Below are positions 28,892 to 38,846 of a stretch of 64,000 nt of DNA, one piece after another. The DNA is from Dehalococcoidia bacterium (GTDB lineage Bacteria; Chloroflexota; Dehalococcoidia; Lucifugimonadales; VXLM01). Position numbers and translations under genes: made by a program. The stretch covers positions 2,556,423 through 2,620,422 of the forward strand of contig CBDDPU010000004.1 of NCBI GenBank assembly GCA_965232435.1, read 5' to 3'. Position 1 is the stretch's first letter. Every line of letters starts with the position of its first letter. A model generated the notes under the pieces. That model did no database searches. It was not told the origin of the DNA and was given only the letters and a program-made list of their open reading frames with translations.

Positions 28892-28916
28892 TGGTATATC
28901 ACCACAGCATATACCA
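28892..28916 (-). promoter_or_regulatory. Inverted repeat (candidate vapBC operator overlapping a promoter)
   Basis: tggtatat (28892-28899) and atatacca (28909-28916) are perfect 8-bp inverted arms with a 9-nt spacer, just upstream of the vapB RBS AGGAG. Confidence 0.4.
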
Positions 28917-28931
28917 TACCACATCACTCCG

Positions 28932-29681
28932 TCACGATATCATCAAGTCCCCCCCATTGATGTCCAGCGACGCTCCCGTGATGTATGCCGCCCGGTCGGA
29001 CACCAGAAACGCGACCAGTTCGGCGACTTCCCAGGGCTCGCATATGCGAGAAATGGGAAAACTCCGAAGGTAGGCATCAAGGCGTTCAGCGGAAACGTTC
29101 TCCCGCACCATCTCGGTATCGACCAAGCCCGGACAGACCGCGTTGACGGTGATGCCAAATGGCGCGAACTCCTTGGCAGTCGCGCGCGTCAATCCCAATA
29201 TCCCCGCCTTTGCCGCCGTGTAGTGTGGCCCTCCCAAAGTGCTGACCGCCTTCCCTGCGGTCGAAGCGAAGTTGACGATTCGTCCCCAGCCGGCCTGTTT
29301 CATAAAGGGAACCACTGCTCGGCTGAACAGATATGTTCCCTTCATATTGACGTCGATGACCAGGTCCCATTCGTCTTCTTCCATGTCTTCGAGAGTAGTC
29401 GAAAAGAGGATGCCCGCATTGTTGACCAAAATGTCAACACCGCCAAACGAGTCCACCGCCGCGCGCACCACTTGATCCACATCCGCCTTGACGGTCACGT
29501 CTCCAGGAACGGCAAGAGCGGCATCGCCCAGGGCATCTGCGACCCGGCGCGCCGCAACGGAATTCTTGTCATTGACCGCGACACGTGCTCCCGCCTCGAC
29601 AAACAGCTGTGTAACCGCGCGGCCCATCCCCTGTCCACCTCCCGTTACGATCGCGACTTTGCCCGAAAAATCGTCCTTCAT
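28932..29681 (-). CDS. SDR-family oxidoreductase (FabG-like)
   Basis: KVAIVTGGGQGMGRA and YTAAKAG motifs. Trimmed to the ATG at 29681 (MKDDFSGK...). Confidence 0.85.
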   Translation of the reverse strand: MKDDFSGKVAIVTGGGQGMGRAVTQLFVEAGARVAVNDKNSVAARRVADALGDAALAVPGDVTVKADVDQVVRAAVDSFGGVDILVNNAGILFSTTLEDMEEDEWDLVIDVNMKGTYLFSRAVVPFMKQAGWGRIVNFASTAGKAVSTLGGPHYTAAKAGILGLTRATAKEFAPFGITVNAVCPGLVDTEMVRENVSAERLDAYLRSFPISRICEPWEVAELVAFLVSDRAAYITGASLDINGGDLMIS

Positions 29682-29899
29682 ACGCACCGTCCTTACTTCC
29701 GGATCTGTTGTCCGCTTCATTCGCTCCCACCGCAACCCATCACCATGCTTGAGGGAAGCTCAATGCAGAGATTCGAGGATATAAACGCATACCAATGGTG
29801 TCAACACGGGCTTCCAATGATACCGGCGAATTCTAGTCACTGCGGCGATTCTCTGCTACACTGCGACGCGCTCATAATCCTGTGTCGCTAGGGGGATTT

Positions 29900-30187
29900 G
29901 TGACGCTAACCTCCGATGATGTAAGACATATCGCCCTGCTCGCCCGCGTCGGTATGACCGACGACGAAATCGAGGTGATGCGGGAGCAGTTGTCGGGAAT
30001 ACTGGAGCACTTCCAAGTACTCCAACAGGTCAACACCGAAAAAGTAGAACCTACCGCCCATTCAGTCGAAACTCACGCCGTTTTACGCGACGACGAAGCC
30101 CGGCAAAGCGTCTCAAAGGATGACGCTCTGGCAAACGCACCGCACCGCGACGGCGACTTCGTTCGCGTTCGCGCCGTTCTCGATTAG
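29900..30187 (+). CDS. gatC: Asp/Glu-tRNA amidotransferase subunit C
   Basis: LTSDDVRHIALLARVGMTDDEIEVMREQLSGILEHFQVLQQVNTEKVEPT matches the GatC pattern. GTG start at 29900, or at 29882 as in the ORF track; start uncertain. Confidence 0.8.
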   Translation: MTLTSDDVRHIALLARVGMTDDEIEVMREQLSGILEHFQVLQQVNTEKVEPTAHSVETHAVLRDDEARQSVSKDDALANAPHRDGDFVRVRAVLD

Positions 30188-30190
30188 TCT

Positions 30191-31654
30191 ATGACTCATA
30201 TCGACAGCAAAGGCCTCACGGCAAGCGAGGCCCGGAATCTCCTCGACAGCGGAGAAGTTTCGTCTGTTGAACTGACGAAAGCATTCCTTGAACGCATCGA
30301 CACGATTGAGCCCTCGATAAAGGCCTTCGTCACCGTCACGCCGGAATTGGCCCTCCAACAAGCCCGCGCTGCCGACGAACTAATCGCTTCCGGCAAGAGT
30401 GCCGCGCTCACGGGAATCCCTATGCAGCTAAAGGACAACATGGCCACGAAAGGCGTTGCCACAACGTGCTCGTCGCGGATGCTCGAGAACTTCATCCCGC
30501 CTTACGATGCCGCCGTTGCGGCAAAACTGTACGCACAGGGAAGCGTCCTCGTCGGGAAGGGAAACTTGGACGAATTTGCCATGGGGTCGTCCACCGAAAA
30601 TTCCGCATTCCACCCAACGAGAAACCCATGGGATACCGACAAAGTGCCGGGCGGAAGCAGCGGCGGACCGGCGGCCGCGGTCGCGGCGGGGCAGTGCGTG
30701 TATTCCCTGGGATCCGATACCGGCGGGAGTATTCGGCAGCCAGCGGCGCTGTGCGGCTTGGTTGGCCTGAAACCAACCTACGGACTTGTAAGCAGGTACG
30801 GACTCGTAGCCTTCGCAAGCTCGCTCGACCAGATCGGCCCGATCACAAAAACCGTCGGCGACGCGGCCATCGTTCTCAATGCCATAGCCGGCCACGACCC
30901 CCGCGATTCCACGTCCGTCAATCGCCCTGTGCCCGACTATGCCAAGGCCCTCACCGGCGACATCAACGGAATTCGCGTCGGTGTGCCAAAGGAATACTTT
31001 GTCGAAGGTATGGAACCGGGCGTGGAAGATGCCGTTCTACACGCCATTGACACACTCGCAGACATGGGCGCAGTCGTATCGGAAACGTCACTGCCCAGCA
31101 CACCATACGCAATGGCGGTTTACTACATCGTTGCCCCATCGGAGGCTTCGGCAAACCTGGCCCGCTACGACGGAGTGAAATATGGCTACTCAACCGACAC
31201 TCCCGGCAACATGTGGGATTCCCTTGAAGACACTCGCCGAGAGGGCTTCGGCCAGGAAGTCAAGCGCCGGATAATGATTGGAACCTACGCACTTTCCGCC
31301 GGCTACTACGACGCATGGTACAAAAAGGCCCTCCAAGTACGCACTCTCTTACGCCAAGAGTTCCAACAGGTCTTCGAAGAGTTCGACGTTCTCGTATCCC
31401 CCACCTCTCCATCAGTAGCCTTTCCCCTCGGCGAAAAGACGGCCGACCCCTACTTGATGTACCTCAACGACGTATTCACTCAGCCGGCCAACATCGCGGG
31501 TATTCCCGCCATTTCGGTGCCCGCCGGTATGTCCGACGGCCTCCCCGTCGGCATACAGTTCATGACGCCTCACCTACAGGAAGAAGCCCTCCTTCGTGTG
31601 GCCCACGCCTATGAGCAAGCAACCGACTGGCACACGCTTCAACCCGACCTCTAA
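30191..31654 (+). CDS. gatA: Glu-tRNA(Gln) amidotransferase subunit A
   Basis: Amidase signature [14 protein letters not shown]...[13 protein letters not shown]; 487 aa, directly after gatC. Confidence 0.95.
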   Translation: MTHIDSKGLTASEARNLLDSGEVSSVELTKAFLERIDTIEPSIKAFVTVTPELALQQARAADELIASGKSAALTGIPMQLKDNMATKGVATTCSSRMLENFIPPYDAAVAAKLYAQGSVLVGKGNLDEFAMGSSTENSAFHPTRNPWDTDKVPGGSSGGPAAAVAAGQCVYSLGSDTGGSIRQPAALCGLVGLKPTYGLVSRYGLVAFASSLDQIGPITKTVGDAAIVLNAIAGHDPRDSTSVNRPVPDYAKALTGDINGIRVGVPKEYFVEGMEPGVEDAVLHAIDTLADMGAVVSETSLPSTPYAMAVYYIVAPSEASANLARYDGVKYGYSTDTPGNMWDSLEDTRREGFGQEVKRRIMIGTYALSAGYYDAWYKKALQVRTLLRQEFQQVFEEFDVLVSPTSPSVAFPLGEKTADPYLMYLNDVFTQPANIAGIPAISVPAGMSDGLPVGIQFMTPHLQEEALLRVAHAYEQATDWHTLQPDL

Positions 31655-31883
31655 CCGGCATCTTCAATCCCGTGCTCTGGTCGGTTGCACCGAACCGCGC
31701 GACGCAGTAACGCCGGCTCCACATCGTTGAGAAGACGGCCACGGCTCACTTGCATCAACTGCCGCGGAATCACCGCAGCGCTCCAAGCAATGTTGACAAT
31801 CCGCCTACAGGTCTGTAACGTGCAGGCACAGAGTCCCTTCATCGTGAACCATAGCGCTTCGCACTGAGCTGTAGGAGGCAGAA

Positions 31884-32381
31884 ATGGCAACGAACACCGC
31901 AGACCGAGGGCCCTATCACATCCTGCTGGTGGAAGACAATCCCGGTGATGTCGAACTCACGCGGGAAGTCATCGAAGAATCGGAACACGAGGCCAATGTA
32001 GTCGTCGTGGGTGACGGAGAGCCGGCCATGATGTACCTCCGGCAAGAGGGCGAATACGCCCGCGCTCCCCGTCCCGACCTCATCCTGCTAGACTTGAATC
32101 TGCCGATGAAAGACGGACTCGAAGTCCTGAAGGAAATGGCGGCCGATGAGAGCCTGAGCACAATCCCGGTAATGATCCTTACGGGGACCGAAGCTGAGGA
32201 AAGCCTCCTCGAATCGTACGACATCCCCGTCAGTCGGTTTAGCAGAAAACCTATCGAGCAAACTCGATTCAATGACGTGGTCAGCTGGCTCGATAATCCC
32301 GCGGCTCGCCGTCCGATTGTCTCGCCCCCGCCACCCCCTCCATCCCCCGAATCCAAGAAGAAGTGGTGGTGGCCCTTCTAA
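31884..32381 (+). CDS. Single-domain response regulator (Rcp1-like) with Pro-rich, Trp-rich tail
   Basis: HILLVEDNPGDVELT...PDLILLDLNLPMKDG...PVMILTG receiver motifs. C-terminus SPPPPPPSPESKKKWWWPF. Confidence 0.85.
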   Translation: MATNTADRGPYHILLVEDNPGDVELTREVIEESEHEANVVVVGDGEPAMMYLRQEGEYARAPRPDLILLDLNLPMKDGLEVLKEMAADESLSTIPVMILTGTEAEESLLESYDIPVSRFSRKPIEQTRFNDVVSWLDNPAARRPIVSPPPPPPSPESKKKWWWPF

Positions 32382-32429
32382 AGCCGCGTCACTAACGAGA
32401 ACGAATTTGCGGGGAAGGAACTAAAAGTC

Positions 32430-34115
32430 GTGCACGGCGAAATGAGCCGGGAGCAGCTTGCCGTCGATGTGGACGCCCGCCACCAAGACTCCTCGGTCTT
32501 GCGCGCCGACCCGGTGAGTGACCGCTCCGACACGGAACAACCGTCCTTCGCTTACTACAATCCCTCGCCTGTCCTTCGATTCGACTCGAAGGGCGTCATA
32601 CTCTCGATCAATCCCGCCGCCGCAGAACTCATCGGCCCCCAAGCAATGGAAGGGGCTTCCCTTGTTAGTGTCCTCCCCGCCCTTAGCAGTCTCAATATCG
32701 AACAGACAATCATCAACGACGGACAATTTAGCCTAGAGACTGAAATTGGGGGCCGGTGGTTTCATTTCGTCGTCGTCGGAATGCAAGAGTACCAAGTCGG
32801 CCACATCTACGGATACGACATCACCGACCGCAACCGTGCAGAGACGGCTCTCAGAACCAGCATTGCGGAACAGCGCCGCCGTACGAGAGACCAAGAAACA
32901 CTCTCCAACATCGCGCGCATTATCGGCTCTTCTCTAGCGATCGATGAAGTCTACCAACGGTTTGCCGGAGAAGTTGCCCAGCTCATACCCTTTGACCGCA
33001 TTGTGATCAATCTCGTCGCGGACACTCCCGGACACATGGTGGACACCTATCAGGCCAGCTCGGTTCAGGTGCCCGATCGCGGCCGTGACCAGGCGTACTC
33101 TGTAGACGGCACTCTGTCACAAGCCGTGATCAAGACCCAACGATGTATCGTATTTCAGCCCGCGAACGAGTCGGAGGCCGCTGAAGAATACGTCGGGCTC
33201 ATCGGCGCTTACGGCATGGGGCTTCGATCATTCTTATCGGCCCCTCTCCTGTATCGTGGAGAACCTATAGGGTGTATAAACCTGCACTCCCTCACCGAGT
33301 CCGCATACTCGGAACGCCACCGATTGCTTGCCGAGCGGATCGCCGTCTATATCGCCGGAGCGATTGCCAACGCCCAACTCCACGCCCAGGTCACAAAACA
33401 AACGGAAGAACTGGCGCGCTCGAACAGGGAGTTGGAACAATTCGCCTACGTTGCTTCCCACGACCTTCAGGAACCCCTCCGCATGGTCTCAAGCTACGTC
33501 GCCCTCTTGGGACGCAGATACGGCGGCCAACTCGACGACCGCGCCGATAAGTACATACACTTCGCGGTCGACGGCGCCAACCGTATGCAGCGGCTAATAC
33601 ATGACCTCTTGGCCTACTCCAGGGTTGGCACCCGGGGCGAAGAACTGATCGCCACTAATACCGTTTCCGTAGTCCGTGAAATCTTGGCCAACCTGGAAGT
33701 GGCTATCGATGAAAGCGACGCCGAGGTCGTCTATTCTGAACTTCCGACGGTTATGGGTGACGCGTCACAACTGCGTCAACTGTTCCAAAATATCATCGGA
33801 AACGCTATAAAATTCCGGTCGGAGAATCGCCCGCGAATTGAGATTGCAGCCCAGCAAGACGGCAGCCGGTGGAGATTTTCAATTCGCGACAACGGAGTCG
33901 GATTCGATCAAAGATATGCTGATAGAATCTTCGGTGTCTTCAAAAGACTCCACCGGAACGCCAACATCCCCGGCACCGGTATCGGCCTCGCGATCTGCCA
34001 GCGCATCATCGACCGCCACGAAGGGAACATTTGGGCCGAGTCGAAGCAGGGAGAGGGTTCGTGCTTCTATTTCACTCTCGCCGCTGTGTCTGAGAACACG
34101 GAGAACGACAAATGA
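32430..34115 (+). CDS. Cytoplasmic sensor histidine kinase (PAS-GAF-HisKA-HATPase_c)
   Basis: H-box FAYVASHDLQEPLR, N-box QLFQNIIGNAIKF and G-boxes RDNGVGFD / GTGIGLAICQRI. PAS-like and GAF-like N-terminal regions, no TM segment. An ATG at 32442 is an alternative start. Confidence 0.85.
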   Translation: MHGEMSREQLAVDVDARHQDSSVLRADPVSDRSDTEQPSFAYYNPSPVLRFDSKGVILSINPAAAELIGPQAMEGASLVSVLPALSSLNIEQTIINDGQFSLETEIGGRWFHFVVVGMQEYQVGHIYGYDITDRNRAETALRTSIAEQRRRTRDQETLSNIARIIGSSLAIDEVYQRFAGEVAQLIPFDRIVINLVADTPGHMVDTYQASSVQVPDRGRDQAYSVDGTLSQAVIKTQRCIVFQPANESEAAEEYVGLIGAYGMGLRSFLSAPLLYRGEPIGCINLHSLTESAYSERHRLLAERIAVYIAGAIANAQLHAQVTKQTEELARSNRELEQFAYVASHDLQEPLRMVSSYVALLGRRYGGQLDDRADKYIHFAVDGANRMQRLIHDLLAYSRVGTRGEELIATNTVSVVREILANLEVAIDESDAEVVYSELPTVMGDASQLRQLFQNIIGNAIKFRSENRPRIEIAAQQDGSRWRFSIRDNGVGFDQRYADRIFGVFKRLHRNANIPGTGIGLAICQRIIDRHEGNIWAESKQGEGSCFYFTLAAVSENTENDK

Positions 34116-34573
34116 CAACATCAACCGAAATCGGGACACCAATCGAAATCCTCATGGTCGAGGACAACCCCGGCGACGTCGAATTGGCTCGTGAGGCTCT
34201 CGCCGAAGCAAGAGTGAAGAAGAACTTGACGGTCGCAGAAGACGGTGAGCAGGGTCTTTCTCTACTCCACAGACAGGGGAAGCATGAAAACGCTTGGCGG
34301 CCCGATTTGATACTGCTCGACTTGAATCTCCCAACCATTAACGGGAGGGAAGTTCTTGCAGAGATCAAATCCGACCCCGAGCTGAGAAAAATCCCCGTCG
34401 TAATCCTGACCAGTTCCGAAGACGAGACCGACGTTGTCGAGTCCTACAACCTCCACGCTAACGCCTACGTGGTAAAGCCGGTTGACCTCGACAAGTACAT
34501 GCAAGCGATCAAGGCGGTTGAAGGGTTTTGGCTGGGATTCGTAAAGCTGCCCACCAGAGGCCCTTCGTCCTAA
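34112..34573 (+). CDS. Single-domain response regulator (Rcp1-like)
   Basis: ILMVEDNPGDVEL...PDLILLDLNLPTINGREVL...PVVILTSS...ANAYVVKP. 4-nt overlap with the kinase stop. Confidence 0.9.
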   Translation: MTTSTEIGTPIEILMVEDNPGDVELAREALAEARVKKNLTVAEDGEQGLSLLHRQGKHENAWRPDLILLDLNLPTINGREVLAEIKSDPELRKIPVVILTSSEDETDVVESYNLHANAYVVKPVDLDKYMQAIKAVEGFWLGFVKLPTRGPSS

Positions 34574-34741
34574 AGTCCATCCTCAATGTCGCAGAGATCG
34601 GCTCACGTGATGTGAGGAACCGGCCCGACGCGGATCATGTCGCGGATGCTACGGCATAACGCGGCGTTCCATTCCCTCAAACTTCCACGCTGCCCCCGCA
34701 GCGATGAGCAGATGACTCCGGTTCCCAGGCCCGAACTGCCG

Positions 34742-35152
34742 TCACGCTATTCGAAAAGAATACAAGTCGCAATACCGACTATAGAATCGAATCTTTACGC
34801 CGTTCGATACTGCCCTAGCCGGAAGCTCTGTTCGACCCCTCCAACTTACGACGTGAGCAGTCGAATCGCCCGTGAACGTGTCGCACGAGGACCGCTCGTA
34901 GCCAGGCACTACATTGTCGTTGACATCGGTGAGTTCAACCGCAAGGAACCCCTTATCGGCACATGCGGCATTGACGACCAGCTTCCCGCCGCTTCCAATG
35001 AAAGCATGAGTGCCCATCACTCCTTCACGCGCATCGGTAGTGAGAGATACAAAACCCTCCGGTCGAAGCGTCGCCAGACCGAGGCCCGTCTTGCCCCCGT
35101 TCCAACCCGGACGCGCTTCCGGTACATCGAGCCCCTCCGGCTCCCCAAACAT
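34742..35152 (-). CDS. C-terminal beta-sandwich part of a glycosidase-like protein, separated from the upstream part by one in-frame TGA
   Basis: GLGLATLRPEGFVSL...GGKLVVNA...GFLAVELTD...HVVSW...GVKIRFYSRYCDLYSFRI resembles the C-terminal domain of GH32/43-type enzymes. The ATG at 35152 abuts the TGA at 35155-35153 in the same frame. Confidence 0.5.
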   Translation of the reverse strand: MFGEPEGLDVPEARPGWNGGKTGLGLATLRPEGFVSLTTDAREGVMGTHAFIGSGGKLVVNAACADKGFLAVELTDVNDNVVPGYERSSCDTFTGDSTAHVVSWRGRTELPARAVSNGVKIRFYSRYCDLYSFRIA

Positions 35153-36313
35153 TCACCAATCGTGGTGCAAGTCTGATCCGGCATAGTAGATGCGAATCTC
35201 ATCATCGAGAAAGATCGGCTGGCTGCATGTCTCGGCCATGAACCGATCCCACCCGTCCGGGGACGTGGTGATGAATGGCACGCCGCGGCTTACGCGATCC
35301 CAACGGTATCCGTCTCGAGAATGCAGCAGGTGCAAATCAACCGTGTTGTACGTGCGATGAAAGATCGGCATCAGACCGAGCCACAAGTCGCCAATACGAA
35401 ACCGCACCAACCCATAAAACTCGTCGTCGAGAACGTCATCTGTGTCATCGGGAACGAGCATTTCACTGAGTACCGGCCAATTCGTAATGTCGTAGCTCGT
35501 GGAGGAGAAGACCCGACGCTTGGCCATTCGCCAAGGATCATGCGGAAAGTGAGCCGGGCCCCAGCCTGGCACGCGAGCGTGTTTGCGGTTCATCGGCGGT
35601 TCCTGCATCGCTCTCGCCCGAGTATCCAAGTAGTACATTCCCGTCTGCTCGTCCGCCGTCAGGATGATCACGTCTCCAAGTTGCCTTTCCGCCATCTGAC
35701 CAATCGTGAACGGCCTGTCGTATCTCGTCCAATTCCGACCGTCGGCAGAGTACGCAGCCGAAATGCGAGAATCCTCCAAACCGGTAAAGGCATTCCAGTA
35801 GATCGCCTTGTAGCGCTGTGTTTCGTCACTTTCGAACGGGTCCTTCAGAATCGAGGAGGCATGTATGCGACCGTCCATCTCATTGCCAAAGCAGATGTTC
35901 GTTTTCCTGCCATCCACCATCCGATAGTCGAGCTCGGGTTTCGTCCAGCTAATGCCGTCCTCCGACTCCGCATACAGTAGCCGGTTATCAATCGTGGCGT
36001 CGTACGACGCTATAGCCGCGACTTCCTCGGTCTTCCGTCCCTCCCCCGACCGCTCGAGACGCATGAACTCGTCATAGTCCCATCCCATGTCCTCGTACCA
36101 GAGCTTGTAGATCGATTCACGCTCGTCCCAGTGCACGTTCCAGGTGTTTGTCCGAAAGTAGCTCGTTATCTCCCATGGCTTGTCCGTCTCCACGATTGGG
36201 TTGCCGGAATGCTTATCAGGAGTGTGCATCACTCGCGTGACGAAATTCACGTACTCAATCATGTAATTGTCAACAAGCAGCTGGGGAGTCCGGCCAATAT
36301 ATGTCGGCTGCAT
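35153..36313 (-). CDS. Beta-propeller glycoside-hydrolase-like protein (N-terminal part; ends at an in-frame TGA)
   Basis: Repeated blade motifs (ESEDGISWTKP, YSADGRNWTRY, HSRDGYRWDRV). ATG at 36313 chosen; the ORF track starts at the TTG at 36373. Confidence 0.55.
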   Translation of the reverse strand: MQPTYIGRTPQLLVDNYMIEYVNFVTRVMHTPDKHSGNPIVETDKPWEITSYFRTNTWNVHWDERESIYKLWYEDMGWDYDEFMRLERSGEGRKTEEVAAIASYDATIDNRLLYAESEDGISWTKPELDYRMVDGRKTNICFGNEMDGRIHASSILKDPFESDETQRYKAIYWNAFTGLEDSRISAAYSADGRNWTRYDRPFTIGQMAERQLGDVIILTADEQTGMYYLDTRARAMQEPPMNRKHARVPGWGPAHFPHDPWRMAKRRVFSSTSYDITNWPVLSEMLVPDDTDDVLDDEFYGLVRFRIGDLWLGLMPIFHRTYNTVDLHLLHSRDGYRWDRVSRGVPFITTSPDGWDRFMAETCSQPIFLDDEIRIYYAGSDLHHDW

Positions 36314-36447
36314 GGTGGGCAAGCTAAACCTCAAGGTTATGTGCGTCTTTGTTGCGCGGCGTGCGGCAGCCAAGCAAGTGCGGTTCGATCAATCGGGATT
36401 CCGGTATCCCGGACGCTCGACGCCGTCTCCTCCCCTCAACGCTGCGA

Positions 36448-37146
36448 CTACCCCTGATCAATTACGTCCTGTGAGACTTCGGAGCGATCTTGCGGATCGT
36501 AGCCAATCGACCGCCTGCCATGCTCGATATCGTAAAGCGGCCAGTTGCTGTCGGACACTCCGAAAACCCGTTCATGCCTGATGCACTCCGCAATAAGGGC
36601 AGCTTCGAAGACTCGAACGCAGTCGCCGTGGCTCAGCTGATGAGGATGACCCGGTTCATCTCTGTCTTTGTTGAAATTTCCAATCCGCACGGAAACGACC
36701 CCGATACCGTGACGCGCCGAGAACATGTCCCCCATAGCCTCACCGAAGACCTTGGTGATGGTGTAATAGCTGTCGGGGCGAGTGGGAAGATCGTCAGTGC
36801 GAGTAATACGCCGGGGGTAGTAAGAAGAAGGATGAACGCCCCCGCGACTCGCGAACACGACACGCCGCACCCCGTTCTTCAGCGCAGCTTCAAACACATG
36901 CCGCGTACCCACCATCGACTGAAACGCCTGCTCCCAGTCCCCGCCGACGTTGCTCAAGTGGATTGTCGCGTCTACGCCCTCAGAAGCATGGTTTACGGCA
37001 TCCCAGTCGGTCACGCTTGCCACCGCGTAGTCGTCTAACTGCGGCGTTGGTCGAATATCCAAACCGCGAAACTCATACCGATCCTTTAGGTTCCTGATAA
37101 GATGCTGACCAATCTGACCTGCCGAACCCGTAATCAATACGCGCAT
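36448..37146 (-). CDS. Short NAD-dependent epimerase/dehydratase-family protein (uronate-dehydrogenase-like)
   Basis: MRVLITGSAGQIGQHL Rossmann motif and YYTITK (YxxxK). ATG at 37146 after GAGGAG. Confidence 0.7.
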   Translation of the reverse strand: MRVLITGSAGQIGQHLIRNLKDRYEFRGLDIRPTPQLDDYAVASVTDWDAVNHASEGVDATIHLSNVGGDWEQAFQSMVGTRHVFEAALKNGVRRVVFASRGGVHPSSYYPRRITRTDDLPTRPDSYYTITKVFGEAMGDMFSARHGIGVVSVRIGNFNKDRDEPGHPHQLSHGDCVRVFEAALIAECIRHERVFGVSDSNWPLYDIEHGRRSIGYDPQDRSEVSQDVIDQG

Positions 37147-37554
37147 GTACTTGCTCTCCTCGCAGTGATGTAAACCTAACATCTCGGAGTGTACGAGCGA
37201 ACAAGGAGACTGTCAAACTTGGGCCACCATAATCGAACAATCCCACCGTCCCACGCTCGCTTGACCACAAGTCAAGTCAAAATTTAGATTCACATGACTC
37301 TAAGAAGCCTGGCAGGCGACCAGGGCAACCACATATAAAGTGGTTGGATACGCCCTCAATCCTCACTCCAACGAAAGACGGAGTCCAAACGGGGAGGTCG
37401 GAACGCTCTCTCCCGACAGGCAGCCAACCTCCAAGGCGACGAGGTAGAAATCGGGTGTATACTATACAGTGCGAATAACCGGCTTCGCTTTTCTTCCCAG
37501 TCGATTAAGCGCAGAGCATCAGCGACGACATCACCGAGCGGAGCGAGTGAAACG

Positions 37555-38748
37555 TTGAAGCTTAGCAAGTACAGGATGGCAGGCATCGTGATGCTGGCCG
37601 TCGGTGGACTGCTGTTAACCGTCTCCGGCGGATACTATGCCTACGCCCAGTTCGCGAAAACCGGACGCGAAGATCTCGTCCATCAAATACCACGCCCTGC
37701 CTTCCCCAACGGATATTCACCCACATACGCCGAGAATGGAACCCCTAACGCCGTAGGACGACCCCAGGCTGCCAAAAACGCATCGGCTAGTTCAACCTCC
37801 GAACCGCCGGCGACTATAAACCCGGACGCCCCCACGCCGTCGCAGGCGATACTCGAATCAGAGGGCCTCGCCGCCGATATCGAAGAGATGTCCTCTTCCG
37901 GGCCGACAGGAACGACCCACGAGATCATCACGGCGTCGTGGATGGATCACACGCCTTCCGTGGATGATTCAGCAACCGATCCTCACCGTGGGGCGCAAGT
38001 CGATATGACTGCCGGAATAGTGGACGCGAGGATTGAGGCGGCCCTTGAAGTACTGCTCAGCCTGCAGGCCCGCCGTCCTGGATATGTAGGATATGAGCCT
38101 GAGAGCCAAGCAGTCGTTGAGCAAGTCGAACCGCCCGAAGTCACGAGTCGCTTGGTTCGTGTGGTTCCGCCAAGCGATGACAGAAACCCGCGAACAAGCG
38201 GCCAGATGATCGCCGAATTGCTTGAGTCGGATTTCACGCGAGCCACGCCCGCGATTCCGGAACCTCAGTTCGCCACACGCATGATTGTACAGGGCATCGG
38301 CCTGAGGGCCTCTGTTGAAGAGCTCGAAGTCATAGAAGAAGGTGACAGTCGCGCATGGGAAACCCCTAAGCACGTCGTGGGACATATCCCCACTACTGCG
38401 AAACCGGGAACGCAGGGACAGGGATGGTACTTTGGACACCTCGAAAGCCCGATTAGCGGTGAAGGGAACGTATTCCGTCGTCTGCCCGAACTGGCTGTGC
38501 GGTTCAAACGAGGGGAGCAGTTCACTATCCAATTGGACGCCGGCAGTGATCGATATGTATATCAGGTCTACCGCACGGATGTAGTGCACATGAATGAGTT
38601 TGCGGTGACGAATTCCGGCCAGAACGACATTACGCTGGTGTCATGCTGGCCACAGTACGAATATTCAGAGCGGGTATTAGTCACCGCGGCACTCGTGGAT
38701 GTAGTTGACATCCCTGAATCTGAACGAACCAATTCCAACTCCAGCTAG
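37555..38748 (+). CDS. Sortase-family transpeptidase with N-terminal TM anchor and long low-complexity linker
   Basis: C-terminal catalytic module with His (VVGHIP...YFGHL), Cys in DITLVSCWP (TLxTC-like) and Arg (ERVLVTAAL). TTG at 37555 or ATG at 37576 as start. Confidence 0.65.
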   Translation: MKLSKYRMAGIVMLAVGGLLLTVSGGYYAYAQFAKTGREDLVHQIPRPAFPNGYSPTYAENGTPNAVGRPQAAKNASASSTSEPPATINPDAPTPSQAILESEGLAADIEEMSSSGPTGTTHEIITASWMDHTPSVDDSATDPHRGAQVDMTAGIVDARIEAALEVLLSLQARRPGYVGYEPESQAVVEQVEPPEVTSRLVRVVPPSDDRNPRTSGQMIAELLESDFTRATPAIPEPQFATRMIVQGIGLRASVEELEVIEEGDSRAWETPKHVVGHIPTTAKPGTQGQGWYFGHLESPISGEGNVFRRLPELAVRFKRGEQFTIQLDAGSDRYVYQVYRTDVVHMNEFAVTNSGQNDITLVSCWPQYEYSERVLVTAALVDVVDIPESERTNSNSS

Positions 38749-38846
38749 CCGCATATGTGCCGCCACCGTTGGTACCACGGACACTCGCTGTATCGAGTGC
38801 AACTCCCTAATCCGTCCGGGCAGGACTTGATCCTCCACGCGAAACC

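Noticed and set aside
37385-37440. SRP (4.5S) RNA-like strings (AGGTCGGAA ... CAGCCAA ... AAGGC)
   Set aside because: There is no GGAA tetraloop hairpin with the symmetric and asymmetric loops of SRP domain IV. The overall sequence cannot be folded into the long SRP helix.
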